The notes: generated by a model from the letters alone, not told the origin. A stretch of 64,000 bases of DNA from an uncultured Planctomycetota bacterium (GCA_963849325.1 CAWKHF010000012.1:640001-704000); one strand, 5' to 3'; counted from the first letter of the stretch, positions 39,104 to 50,200 are shown. Program-made: numbers and translations.

Positions 39104-40176
39104 GCGACAGGGATACGGTGGAACGGCCGCGAAGTCGCCGGGACCGCCTCGGCCGACGGGATCGGGCAAACGATGTCGCCGGCTCGGTCAGGTCCGGCGC
39201 CCTTGCGCTGCGCCTGCTTGGACGGCAGCTTCACGTTCCAGGCGAGGCGGGCCAGGGCCAGGGCGCGGATGACGTAGTAACTGACATCGATCTGCCACCA
39301 GCGCAGGCCGTGGCGGGCCGAGGTCGGGAAGGCGTGGTGCGTGTTGTGGAAGCCTTCTCCCAGCGCCAGGACGCCGAAGACGAAGTTATCTCGGCTCTCG
39401 TCGCCGCTGCGGTAACGCCGGAAGCCCCACAGGTGGCAGACGGAATTGACGCTCCAGGTGACATGGTGGACCAGAAAGACCCGGATCAAACCTCCCCACG
39501 CCAGCCCGGTCCAAACCCCCATCCAGGTCAAGGTGATCACGCCGCCGAGGGCGGCGGGGAGCAGTAAGCCGAGGACCAACCAGGCCGGGAACAACGCGCT
39601 CACCACACGCAGGGGCCGGCTCTGGCTGAGGTCCTTGACGTAGCGGTCCAGGTCTGGAGGGTCGGCCTGGAACACCCAGCCCACATGGGCGTGCCAGAGG
39701 CCGCGCAGCACACCCCAGACGCCGCGCCCGTGCAGGTGCGGGGAGTGCGGGTCGCCGGGCCGGTCGCTGTGCTGGTGGTGCCGCCGGTGCAGGGCGACCC
39801 ACTTCAATAGGGAACCCTCCACGGCCATCGAGCCGAGGATGCCCAGCACCAGCTGCACGCCTCGATAGGTCTCGAACGAGCGGTGGGTGAAAAGCCGGTG
39901 GAAGCCGACGGTGATGCCCAGGGCCGTCAGGACGTACATGCCCAACATCAGCCCCAGGTCCGTCCAGCTAAAGCCCCAGCCCCAGAAGAAGACGACAGCG
40001 GCCCCCAGGCCGCACAGGGGCAAGGTGACCGCGAGGAGGTTCGCTATCCACAGTCCCAGCGGCAACCGCCCGGAGACCGCCACGGACGGCGGCAACTCGG
40101 CGGCAGGGTCGGCGACCGGCAGGACCGCAAGTTCTTCCGCGGGGTCTGTGGCGGTCTCCGGGGGCATCTCATCCAC
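38923..40176 (-). CDS. Delta-9-type acyl-lipid/CoA desaturase (true end probably near 39190)
   Basis: His boxes HRLFTH, HRRHH, HNTHH; NSVCH, GEGF. Confidence 0.9.
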   Translation of the reverse strand: MDEMPPETATDPAEELAVLPVADPAAELPPSVAVSGRLPLGLWIANLLAVTLPLCGLGAAVVFFWGWGFSWTDLGLMLGMYVLTALGITVGFHRLFTHRSFETYRGVQLVLGILGSMAVEGSLLKWVALHRRHHQHSDRPGDPHSPHLHGRGVWGVLRGLWHAHVGWVFQADPPDLDRYVKDLSQSRPLRVVSALFPAWLVLGLLLPAALGGVITLTWMGVWTGLAWGGLIRVFLVHHVTWSVNSVCHLWGFRRYRSGDESRDNFVFGVLALGEGFHNTHHAFPTSARHGLRWWQIDVSYYVIRALALARLAWNVKLPSKQAQRKGAGPDRAGDIVCPIPSAEAVPATSRPFHRIPVAYSSRNSSWIRPSRCSATTIAAPKTAMAFSLASAEVPPRSPGSHMNWTYPAMRVPSASMR

Positions 40177-40574
40177 GAAAAAGACTCCTCTCGCGGGCCT
40201 CGGCCTCCGTTGGGACGGCGCAGCCCGCGAGGCCTCGACGTCAGGGCTCGTTTTACCCTTGTATTATACCATCGCGGCGTGGACCGGGGGAGAGCGAACG
40301 GCCCCTGTTCGTCCGGGCGATGGCGGACGTCCATCCGTCGGAAAAACCGCCGCCACGCGCCCCATGCCTCGACACGAGCGCGACGAAGGTAGACACGCAA
40401 CCACGGAACGGATGCCGATTTACTTCCTCTTGCGTGACGGCGTGACGTCTTCGATGATGGAGAGGTGAAACGAGAGAGAGCAAAACGTCGGAAGGCAAGG
40501 TGCGTCCGCGGTACGCGGTCTCTCCGACGCAGGCGGCCCCGGATGTTCCCCCCAGAAAAACGAGACGCGACACC

Positions 40575-42011
40575 ATGAATGGTCCGACGCATCTTTGCCT
40601 TGTCCAGGATCCCAAGCTCATCACGCGCCGCTGGTTCTTCCGCGACTGCGGCGTCGGCCTGGGAGCCATCGCCCTGGGCGAATTGCTGCGTGAATCCGGC
40701 TTCGCCGCGCCGGCGCAGGGCGACCCGCTGGCCGTCAAGCGGCCGCACCACCCGGCGCGGGCCAAGCGCGTCGTCTTTCTGTTCATGGCCGGCGCGCCCA
40801 GCCATCTGGAGTTGTTCGACTACAAACCGCAGCTGGCGAAGTACGACGGCACGCTGCCGCCCAAACATCTCCTTGAGGGCTACCGCGCCGCCTTCATCAA
40901 CCCCAGCTCGAAGCTGCTGGGGCCGAAGTTCACTTTTTCGCGCCACGGCCAATGCGGCGCCGAGCTGTCCGAACTGCTGCCGCACCTGGCCACCGTGGTC
41001 GATGACATCGCCATCGTCAAATCGATGGTCACGGATGCCTTCAACCACGCGCCGGGCCAGATCTTCATGAACACGGGTTCGCAGCAGTTTGGCCGGCCGA
41101 GCTTCGGCGCCTGGGTGACGTATGGCCTGGGCAGCGAATCGCGCGACTTGCCGGCCTTCGTCGTACTCAACTCCGGCAAGAAGGGGCCCAGCGGCGGCAA
41201 CTCGAACTGGGGCAGCGGTTTCTTGCCCACCGTTTACGAGGGTGTGCCGTTCCGCGGCAGCGGCGATCCGGTGCTGTACCTGTCCAACCCGCCCGGCGTC
41301 GATGCCGCTATCCAGCGCGAATCGCTGGACACCATCGAGCACCTCAACCGCGCATCGCCTCGACGTGGTCGGCGATCCCGAGATCGCCACGCGCATCAAC
41401 TCCTTCGAGATGGCCTACCGCATGCAAGCCAGCGCCCGGAGCTGATGGACCTGTCACGGGAGCCGAAGCGCGTCTTGCAAATGTACGGGGCCGAGCCGGG
41501 CAAGCCGTCGTTCGCCAACAATTGTCTGCTGGCCCGGCGTCTGCTGGAGCGCGGCGTGCGTTTCGTGCAGCTGTTCCACGAAGCCTGGGACCAGCACGGC
41601 AATCTCAAAAAAGACCTGACGAAGAACTGCCAGGACACCGACCGAGCCTGCGCCGCCCTGGTGCGCGATCTGAAACAGCGTGGTCTGCTGGATGAGACGA
41701 TTGTGCTGTGGGGCGGCGAGTTCGGGCGGACGCCGATGGTGCAGGGCGGCGGCGACGACGGCCGCGATCACCATCCCAACGCCTTCTCCATGTGGATGGC
41801 CGGCGGCGGCATCAAGCCGGGGTTGGTGCTGGGCCAGACCGATGAGTTCGGCTTCAACGCCACCGACGACCGCGTTCACGTTCACGACCTGCACGCGACA
41901 CTGTTGCACCTGCTCGGTTTCGATCACACGAAGTTGACGTATCGCTTCCAGGGCCGCGATTTCCGTCTGACGGACGTGCATGGCCAACTCGTGCGTAAGC
42001 TACTGGCGTGA
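40575..42011 (+). CDS. DUF1501 protein (two compensating frameshifts ~41350-41435)
   Basis: [52 protein letters not shown]. Confidence 0.92.
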   Translation: MNGPTHLCLVQDPKLITRRWFFRDCGVGLGAIALGELLRESGFAAPAQGDPLAVKRPHHPARAKRVVFLFMAGAPSHLELFDYKPQLAKYDGTLPPKHLLEGYRAAFINPSSKLLGPKFTFSRHGQCGAELSELLPHLATVVDDIAIVKSMVTDAFNHAPGQIFMNTGSQQFGRPSFGAWVTYGLGSESRDLPAFVVLNSGKKGPSGGNSNWGSGFLPTVYEGVPFRGSGDPVLYLSNPPGVDAAIQRESLDTIEHLNRASPRRGRRSRDRHAHQLLRDGLPHASQRPELMDLSREPKRVLQMYGAEPGKPSFANNCLLARRLLERGVRFVQLFHEAWDQHGNLKKDLTKNCQDTDRACAALVRDLKQRGLLDETIVLWGGEFGRTPMVQGGGDDGRDHHPNAFSMWMAGGGIKPGLVLGQTDEFGFNATDDRVHVHDLHATLLHLLGFDHTKLTYRFQGRDFRLTDVHGQLVRKLLA

Positions 42012-42039
42012 GACGGGGGTCTGGGAGGAGGGATCATTC

Positions 42040-42288
42040 ATGGCGACACTTGTTCTGGACAATGTCCCTGACGAGTTGCTTACCGAACTGGAACACCTGG
42101 CGGCGCGGGAGCATGTTCCCGTGGCGGAGAAGACCGTCCGTCTGCTCCAGCAAGCCGTCGGCCAGAGAGCACAGCCGAACGGTTGGCGTGTACAGGAAAT
42201 CCTCGATCGCCTGGTTCGCAACCGCTTCAACCCCGACCCCGGAGGCCCGGACGTGGTGGCGATGCTGCGTGAGGACCGCAATCGATGA
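42040..42288 (+). CDS. Putative antitoxin (FitA/VapB-like)
   Basis: MATLVLDNVPDEL...MLREDRNR; ATGA overlap with the PIN gene. Confidence 0.8.
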   Translation: MATLVLDNVPDELLTELEHLAAREHVPVAEKTVRLLQQAVGQRAQPNGWRVQEILDRLVRNRFNPDPGGPDVVAMLREDRNR

Positions 42289-42920
42289 CCGCTCCGCTTG
42301 TGTACGTGGTCGATGCGAGTGTGGCGGCCCAGGTGGTCTCGCCCGAACCGTTGACCGCTCAGGCGACGGCCCTTTTCGCCTTGCTGAACGGCAACCGGGC
42401 CACGTTTCACGTTCCCGAATTGTTTTACGTCGAATGCGCAAACATCTTCTGGAAGAAGAAACAGCGCGGCGTTTGCTCCGAGAGTCAGGCCGTGCAAGCC
42501 CTGGCTGATTTGCTCGCTTTGCCGCTGATTTCCGCAGCCAATTCGCTGCTGGCCGTCGAGGCGTTGAAACTGGCCGTCGCGCTAGACATCACGGCCTACG
42601 ACGCCTGCTATCTCGCCCTGGCCGAACGACTGGGCGTGCCCTTCATCACGGCGGACCAGAAATTGGAGCGGAAACTCGCCGGCAGCGGGCGAGCGGTCCT
42701 TTGGCTTGCGCCTGGACGCCTTGAAACACGCGAGCGCGGCCTGAAGGTGGACGAGTTCGGCTTCAACGTCAGCGAAGACCGCGTTCGCATCCACGACCTG
42801 CACGCAACGCTGTTGCACCTACTCGGCTTCGATCACACGAAATTGACGTATCGCTTCCAGGGCCGCGATTTCCGCCTGACCGACGTCCATGGCCAGCTCG
42901 TCCGCAAGCTGCTGGCATGA
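42285..42920 (+). CDS. vapC: VapC PIN toxin; ORF as sequenced continues into the duplicated DUF1501 tail
   Basis: VVDASVA, VECANIFWK, ITAYDACYLALA, ITADQKL; PIN domain ends ~42715. Confidence 0.88.
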   Translation: MTAPLVYVVDASVAAQVVSPEPLTAQATALFALLNGNRATFHVPELFYVECANIFWKKKQRGVCSESQAVQALADLLALPLISAANSLLAVEALKLAVALDITAYDACYLALAERLGVPFITADQKLERKLAGSGRAVLWLAPGRLETRERGLKVDEFGFNVSEDRVRIHDLHATLLHLLGFDHTKLTYRFQGRDFRLTDVHGQLVRKLLA

Positions 42921-43056
42921 GGGGAGCCGTTCGCGGATTGACGCCGGGAGAATCGTTGCATACGCGGAGGGAGCGGGTACAATCGACCCGTTCGCAGGAA
43001 GCGGACCCCGCGTCATTTCCCCGGAAGGAGCCTGTCCCGCTGTTGGGAGCGCTCCC

Positions 43057-44179
43057 ATGCGTCGCCTCTCATTGTTGCTGGTGATGGCGTGTTCCGTGTC
43101 GGCGGCCCGCGCGGCCGAACCGGCCGACAAGCACGAGGGCAAGCTTTTCGTGCTCGGCATCGCCCTCAACCAGTTTCCCGACAAGAAGAACAAGGAAACA
43201 ATTGCCTCGTTCAACTATTGCGCCGAGGAGTTCACCCGCCTCTTGCGGGAGGGTGGCGCGCCAGTCCATCGCCAGGTCGAGGCGCACGCTCCTGGGCCGT
43301 CAGGTGACGGGGTCGCGCTGCCAATCCGAGCTGGCGCGCCTGGTCCAGCGCGCGGCGCGGCAAGACGTGGTCGTTCTGGGCATCTTTGGCCACGGACTCA
43401 GCCACGCCAAGGAGGGCTGGGGCATCGAGACCGCCGATCGGCAGACGCTGTGGGGCCATCAAATCAAGGCCGTCCTCAGTCGGCTGCCCTGCTCCGCCCT
43501 GATCGTGATCGAAACCGGCACCTCGGCCGCGCTCGTCAAGGGACGAAGCAAGAGCGCCGCGCTGTCGCCCAACGTCACCGCCCTTTGTGCCTGCCGCGGC
43601 CGCCAGCAGAGCGACAACCACCTCAGCCTCGCCGTCGCCGAGGCGCTGGCGGGCAAGGCCGACTTCGACAAGGATGGCGTCGTCGAGATGGCGGAGCTAA
43701 TGAGCTACGTCCGACTGCGCCTCCAGGAGCTGGACCCCGACGGCCGAGCCGGCAAGGACGGCGAGGCGCCGCTGCTGGTCGAGGCGAAGGCGGGGCCGCC
43801 CAGGTTGCCGTTGACGGCGGTGACGGCCGACCTGGTGACGGTGGCCATCAAGGACGAGTGGTATCAGGCCCGGCTGCTGAAGAAGGGAGAAAACGGCCGT
43901 TTTCGGATCCATCCCCTTGGCTGGGACGCCAGGCCGGGTCCATACTTTTTGGCCGACGAGGTGGACCGCGAGCACATTTGTCTGCCCGGTGATCCGCCGC
44001 CGGTCAAGGTCGAGGTCAACGGCCGGATGCGTCTGGCCCGGCTGGTGAGCAAGGACGGCACGCAGTGGAAGGTGCGGTATCTCGGCGGCGCGGGGAAGGA
44101 AGAAACCGTTCCCGGAACCAAGGTCAAGCAACTGTTTGGGACCGAGACCCGCGTGCCGAAAAAACGCAAGAAGGCGTGA
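43057..44179 (+). CDS. Exported caspase-like (peptidase C14 fold) protein with Tudor-like tail (frameshift ~43285)
   Basis: Signal peptide; LFVLGIALNQF, FGHG, IVIETGTS, ADFDKDGVVEMAEL. Confidence 0.65.
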
Positions 44180-44301
44180 GAGGCGGCGGACGAGGAGGTC
44201 AGGGCGAATACGATGAAAGAAAACTCCCGCGCTTGCTGGAGGCTGATCGGCTGGGGCAGGAGGCGGCGGCTGACCTGACATCCCTCCTGCTCGCTCGATG
44301 G

Positions 44302-44900
44302 TTATGCGGCTTGCGCGGACACGCCTTGGATGGCCGCTAGCGCCAAGGCGGCATATCGAGGATTGAGGTCAATCCCCAGACAGCGCCGGCCGATTGACAC
44401 AGCGACGCGACAAGCTGTTCCCGATCCCGCGAAAGGATCGACCACTAGATCGCCGGGGTCGCTGCACGCTTCGATAATAGGACGAACCAGTTGCTCCGAG
44501 AAAGTGGCGTAGTGGCGCTCGGACGTGTTCGACGCCGGCAGGGACCATACGTCGGTAGGCAGGCAACCGCGCGGGTTTAGCTTGAACGTCTGTCCGTGCC
44601 GCATACAAGAATCTTTGGCATTTCGTCGTGTGCAGCTTTTGGAACCTCCGTAGGACTGACCAGCCCCCCAACGCCTCAGCGTCGCAGCTGCATAGGGAAC
44701 ACGCACCGCATCGGCGTTGAAGCGGTAGCCACTGGGGCGCTTGGTCAAGAAGAGGATGTGCTCGTGACCAGCACGCCAGCGATTCCGCGGACTTTCGGGT
44801 GCGGGGTCCGATTTGTTCCAGATGATGTCGTTGCGGACGGTCCATCCTATCGAGTCGGCCAACAATGCGATTCGGTGGGGAACCAGCAACGGCTTGCGTT
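44302..44900 (-). pseudogene. 5'-truncated beta-class N4/N6 DNA methyltransferase
   Basis: RNDIIWNK, HEHILFLTK, HYATFSEQL, VVDPFAGSGT present; N-terminal (S/D)PPY region absent. Confidence 0.75.
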
Positions 44901-44976
44901 TCGCTAGACGCGAGTAGACAATTCCTGCTATTGCGAGGTCAACAACCCTTGCTTTGCATAAACAGGAACCGAGGTC

Positions 44977-45744
44977 ATGACTCACGATCTGAACCACCGC
45001 CGCTTGGAAATAGAAGCAATCGTCCTCGGATACGCGATGAGTCGCCTTGATGAGAGGTATTTGCGTTCTCGCGGGGTTCGGACGTGGAAAAGAGCCTTCG
45101 AGGAAGCTGCCACGGCTTTAGCTATCCGCTCCTCGAGCATCAAGAACCTCCGTGACGAGTTCGATCCCGCCCACGGCAATGACCGGAGAGGATGGCATCA
45201 GCGACCTCTCCGTCCGAATCGCCAGAGGGTGCTGGATGATTTGAAGGATGTTAGCGATGATGCCTTGATGGCTCTCGTTGATCGAATCATTGCTCGCGAT
45301 CAGGAAGCGACCGCCGAGGCAGTGGATTCCATGGCCGCGATTCCTCGCACGGCCCATAATGTTGCAGAAAGATTGCTGACAGGACGGAGGGCCGAAGAGT
45401 ATTTCCTGGCGCACAGTCGATCCCTTGTAGGCATCGAGGCTGATGAGTTGGAGGATCGACGGCTATCGGCATGTGGATATGACTTCGGGGTGAGGCGACT
45501 CCCCGAGGTGGGCATCGAAATAAAGGGGTTGAAACACGTCACTGGAGAAGTGTTGTTCACGGATCGCGAGTGGAGTGAGGCGAATACTCGTCAGGAGCAT
45601 TACTGGCTCGTAGTAATCGGGAACCTGGAATCGAAACCTCGGGGCAAAGTGCTACGAAATCCTCACAGCAATCTGCCAGCAATCTGTTCCTATCAGATGA
45701 CTGTTGCCGCAGTTTGGCGATCTAAATTCAGTGTTGCATCCTAA
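44977..45744 (+). CDS. DUF3883 (NOV C-terminal, PD-(D/E)XK-like) domain protein
   Basis: GRRAEEYF...GYDF...IEIKG...TDREW...YWLVVI; lower GC. Confidence 0.8.
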   Translation: MTHDLNHRRLEIEAIVLGYAMSRLDERYLRSRGVRTWKRAFEEAATALAIRSSSIKNLRDEFDPAHGNDRRGWHQRPLRPNRQRVLDDLKDVSDDALMALVDRIIARDQEATAEAVDSMAAIPRTAHNVAERLLTGRRAEEYFLAHSRSLVGIEADELEDRRLSACGYDFGVRRLPEVGIEIKGLKHVTGEVLFTDREWSEANTRQEHYWLVVIGNLESKPRGKVLRNPHSNLPAICSYQMTVAAVWRSKFSVAS

Positions 45745-45806
45745 ACTTTCCGGAATGGCAGCCGCGAAGACAGAGCGAACCGGGATGCGGACTCCAATTG
45801 CGAGAA

Positions 45807-46786
45807 TCATCGGCGAGCGGGGCCGCGTAAGCGTCCCGAGAAGTGGCCTGGCATCGGGGCCATCGTCACATGAAATGTCGTGCTCTCGACGATGAAATCG
45901 CCAGGCTGGCCGGAAAGGTCGTCCGCCGCCGAGTTACTTGAAGGGATGATCAGTCCAGTCGGAACCCGTCCTGGGTCCAGTTCCATTACCTTCATGGCCC
46001 TGAGCAATTTCTCGACCGCATCCTCCCGATCGACTTCAAAATCGCTTTGATCTAGATAGTCGCTGGACGGTTGCTTCAGAGTGTCGTATGCCGCTTCCAA
46101 AGCTCGCAGGATGACATTCCGTTCGTTATCGTTCATTGCTCTCTCCTCTCGGTACAGGTTGACTTTCAGCTAGGTATTCGACCGTTTTGAATGTCCCGTT
46201 GGGTTAGATTTATTTCTCACCTTGACCTTGGGGAAGCGCAGCTGGAGTTTCGCGCCGACCAGATATTGGGCCACGGGGCCGCGCTTCCCCGTCTCCTCGG
46301 CCAAAGCGAGCAAATCGCAGATGAAATGTCGGGTGCTTTGAGTGGGGTCGTAAACGGGCTTCAAACGCTCCCGATTGTGAAATTCGCGGACTTTATCGAC
46401 TAGAAAACTCTGGAGTTCGTGAAGCACGGCCCGTCGCTCCTCCTCGCCCAGCGCTTGCAGGCCGGCGGACCCGATCGCTCCCAACAGCCCTTTCGCGTAG
46501 GCCGGAGATGCGCGGTTGGTTCGCCCGCCCTCGCCGACAAAGGCCCGAGTCTCGCCAAAGGCGGCGAGGATGTTCCTCACGGCGGCACCGGACGCCCCCT
46601 GAATCTGAGCGCCTCCCGGCGCGAGGTGGGAGGCGAGATCCAGGTCGAAGCTGGTCTTCAATCGCTCCAGCACCACCAAGCCCACGGCGAGCGCCCCCTT
46701 GGGGGGAGCGCTGCCGGAGGCTCTGGGCGCGAAAGCGCGTCGTACCACGCCCGCAACTCGGCCAGCGCTTTCCTATGGGAGGTCAT
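45807..46786 (-). pseudogene. DUF4928-like gene, interrupted by a 270-bp insert and 3'-truncated
   Basis: EGGRTNR, QYLVGAKLQLRFP, then AADDLSGQPGDFIVESTTFHVT resuming in the same frame. Confidence 0.7.
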
Positions 46787-47084
46787 GACGGCTTCTCGGC
46801 GGGAAGCTGAGCGAGAGGATGCGCAAGTGCGCAATCCGCAACACTCGCTATTTTGCGCAGGCTTGTTCAAGCCCGCAAGAGGCTGGCAAGAATTGTGGCT
46901 TCCAGTGCTAGGATTGAGAACGTCGCGCACGGTAAAGTCCGCAAGCTCGCTGGGCAGGGGTGTCCGCTGTCCCTTTTGCCTCGTGGCGCGGCCCCCTCCT
47001 CTGCGGAGCGACGGTCTTTCGGGTTCGCCATAGAATCTACCCGGAGACACGGCATTAAAGCGCCCCGCCAACGACAGGCCGATC

Positions 47085-48735
47085 ATGCAAGACACCACCA
47101 AGAAGATCCTCCGTTTGCTGCACCCGGACCAACAGGCGGACGTGCGCTGTGCCGCCGCCCTAGTACTCGGTGAGATCGGTGGCAAGGACGCCGAGTTGAC
47201 CCGCGCCCTGTGCGACGCCCTGAGCGACAGCGAGTCGCAGCTGCGCTTGCAGGTCATCCGCGCCGTGGGCAAGCTCAAGATCGAGGCGGCGCTGCCGCGA
47301 CTTGCTGGAACGCATCAAGGAGGGCGGCGAGGAGGCGGAGCAGGCGGCGCAGGCGGCGGCGAAGCTTGGGTCCAAGGGCAGCCGCGCCCTGCAAGAACTG
47401 ATGCCGAAGGTCGCGCCGGGGCTGCGGCGTTACATCGCCTCGGCGCTGGCGGCGGCCGGCACCGCCAGCGCCGAGACGGCGGCCGTCGCCGTGCTGCTCG
47501 ACCGAGACCCCGGCGTCGTCGAGGCGGCCGTGCGCTCGCTCAGCGCCCAGGTCCACACGCTGACGCCGGCCCATCGCAAGGCGCTCGCCGACCAACTGCT
47601 GGAACTGGCGAATAATAAGAGAGAGCCGCTGGCCCCGGCGTCCGAGTCGGCCGTGCTGCGTCTGCTGGCCGGGCTGGATGACCCGCGGATCGAGGCAGTG
47701 CTATGGGAGCGCATCGTCCCGCCGCATCCGCCGGAGGTGCGCGCCGCCGCCCTGCAAGCGCTGGGCAAGTGGGCGACTTCGCCCGGCAAGGAACAGCTCA
47801 AACGGCTGTTCGCCTGCGCCACCGAGACGGATTTTCGACTGGCCGCGCCGGCGCTGGTGCTGCTTGAAGAACCTGCCGGTCGGCGATCGCGCCGTGTCGG
47901 AGTGGCTGACGCTGTTGCAGGCGGCGGACGTGGCGGTGCGCAAGCTGGCGATGGAGAAGGTCGGCGACCGCGACAACGCCGAAGTGGCCGACGCCCTCTT
48001 GCGACAGCTCGACCACCCCGACCGCTCGCTGCGCGACGGCGCCCTGGCCCGGCTGGCGCGGCTGAAGAAGGGACAGCAGGCGTTGACGGACGCCCTGCTC
48101 GAAGCGGACTCGCCCGAACGGGCATGGGTGCTGGCGCGGCGCAGGCGCCATTCGCCCGCAAGTATCCGCCGGATTGGCGTGAAAAGGTGTTCGCGCAAGC
48201 ATGTGAATACCTGGAGGCGAACGACCGGCGGGCCGACGCGCTGTTGTTTCTGCTGCGCGAGGCCGACGCCGTCGAGCTACGCGATCGGCTCGAACAGCGC
48301 GCCATCCACTGGCGCAAGAAGAAGGCGTATGAGAAGGCCTTGCTGTATCTGCGGCTGCTGATCCGCGATCCGTCGAGCGGCTTTCCGATCCGCCTGGAGT
48401 TGGCGTGCTGCGGCCTGAAGGTGTCCAGCCACGACTTGTCGCCGGAGGCGCGGACGAATGATCCGTGTCTGCAACAGTTCGCCACGCTCTGCCAGGGCTA
48501 CGAGGCCGAGCTGTCGGCCGAGCTGAAGAAAATCAAGTGGCTGGAGGCGGAAGATCTGTATTACCTGGGTTTTCACTTCGCGGAACAGGTAGGACAGCAA
48601 AGACAATTCGGCGGCAAGGTGCTGCGATGGATGGTCAAGCGCTCGCCGCGGACGAAACTGGCGCAGTCGGCGAAGAGCAAGCTGCGCGGCGCGGGGCTGG
48701 AACAGGTCACCGTCGCGGTGAAAGGGAACTCCTGA
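47085..48735 (+). CDS. HEAT-repeat protein (three frameshifts)
   Basis: VRCAAALVLGEIG, LRLQVIRAVGKL, VRAAALQALG, VRKLAMEKVG over successive frames. Confidence 0.8.
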
Positions 48736-48809
48736 TATAAATGAAAGAACGGTGAAGTGGTCCGCGGGACCGCCTCTCTCCTCATCACGAGGCTCCAGAG
48801 GAGTCCTTC

Positions 48810-50189
48810 ATGTCGTGGCGTCCGCTCGTCGCCCTCACCCGCCGCGGACTGGCGCTGCTGTCCAACGCCGCCGTCCTGGTCATCCTGATTGGTCTTCTCT
48901 GGTGGGGGCGGGTGCAGAAATGGAAGGTGCCTTCCTTCGTCGCCCTCACGGGCGCCGCCGCCGAGGAGAAGGCCAAGGTGGCGGAGACCCTCAGCGGGAC
49001 CGGGACGAACATCGCGCCCATCTCGGCGGGCAACCCTAGCCTCCGGGACGAAGAGCCGCCCCTGTATCAGGTTCGCCTGCGCTCGGTGGAAACCGTCGGC
49101 AAGGCGGGCATCCAGGTCGCGGCGGTTGCGGAACGCGCCCTGGCCCAGTACGTGACCGCCAACGGCGTCCTCGACTTCGATCAGACGCAGTACGCCGAAC
49201 TGTCGCCGCGCACCTCGGGCACCGTCTGGCGCATGCTGAAAAAAGAGGGCGACCCGGTTCGCAAGGGCGAAGTGCTGGCCCTGGTGGCCGCTCCTGACGT
49301 GGCTCGCGCCAAGGCGGAGCTGCTGCAAGGACTGCTGCGCATCGAAGTGCGGACGCGCGTCCTCAAACGCCTGGAGTCGGCCCAGGACGTCATCGCCCTG
49401 CGGCAACTGCACGACGCCGAGGCTGCCCTGGCCGAAACGCAGCTCCGCCTCTTCGACAATCAGCAAAGCCTCATCAATCTCGGCCTGCCCGTCGAGGTCG
49501 AGGCGCTGCGCAGACTCTCCGAGTCGAAACGGACCCAGGTTCTGCGTGTCCTGGGCGTTCCCGAAGCCCTCCAGCGCGACAGCGCCGGCGCGACGCTGCC
49601 GACCAACCTCCTGCCGCTGATCGCTCCCTTCGACGGCGAGATCGTCAAGCGCGACATGGTGGAAGGCGAGGTGGTGACCAGTTCGCAGGTGCAACTGATC
49701 GTGGCCGATACGCGGCGGCTGTGGATCCGGCTGGACGTGCGCCTCGAAGACGCCAACGACGTGAAGATCGGTCAGGAAGTCCGCTTCGAGCCGGACGGGC
49801 CCGGCAAAGAACCGGCGTCCGGCCGCGTCACCTGGATACGTCCCGGTGTCGAGAAGAAGACACGCACCGTCCACGTGCGGGCGGAGGTCGCCAACGGCGG
49901 TGGTTGGCTGCGGCCGGACACGTTCGGCACCGGCCACATCCTCGTCCGCTCGTCGGAGCGCAGCGTCGCCGTGCCCACGTCGGCCATCCAGCGCGAGGGC
50001 AAGGTCTACTTCGTTTTCGTCCGCGCCGGCGATCGCGCCTTCGAGCAGCGCCGCATCGTGCCGGGCATTCACGCCGGCGACGTTACCGAGGTCCGCTCCG
50101 GCGTTCAGCCCGGCGAACTCGTGGTGACGGCCGGTAGTCACCTGCTCAAGTCGGCCATCGTCCGCAGTCGCCTCGCCGGGGAAAATTGA
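48810..50189 (+). CDS. RND efflux periplasmic adaptor (CzcB/CusB-like)
   Basis: N-terminal TM; GDPVRKGEVLA, APFDGEI, TRTVHVRAEV, VAVPTSAI. Confidence 0.9.
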   Translation: MSWRPLVALTRRGLALLSNAAVLVILIGLLWWGRVQKWKVPSFVALTGAAAEEKAKVAETLSGTGTNIAPISAGNPSLRDEEPPLYQVRLRSVETVGKAGIQVAAVAERALAQYVTANGVLDFDQTQYAELSPRTSGTVWRMLKKEGDPVRKGEVLALVAAPDVARAKAELLQGLLRIEVRTRVLKRLESAQDVIALRQLHDAEAALAETQLRLFDNQQSLINLGLPVEVEALRRLSESKRTQVLRVLGVPEALQRDSAGATLPTNLLPLIAPFDGEIVKRDMVEGEVVTSSQVQLIVADTRRLWIRLDVRLEDANDVKIGQEVRFEPDGPGKEPASGRVTWIRPGVEKKTRTVHVRAEVANGGGWLRPDTFGTGHILVRSSERSVAVPTSAIQREGKVYFVFVRAGDRAFEQRRIVPGIHAGDVTEVRSGVQPGELVVTAGSHLLKSAIVRSRLAGEN

Positions 50190-50200
50190 TACGAAATGGA

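Larger units (their letters stand above)
41841..42920 (+). repeat. 171-bp diverged direct repeat (41841-42011 and 42750-42920) of the DUF1501 3' end
   Basis: Both copies encode DEFGFN....[44 protein letters not shown]. Confidence 0.93.

Noticed and set aside
42285-42920. VapC-DUF1501 tail as a novel fusion protein
   Set aside because: One added base near 42710 would end VapC at the TGA at ~42722 (..AWTP*); given the error rate the fusion is not supportable
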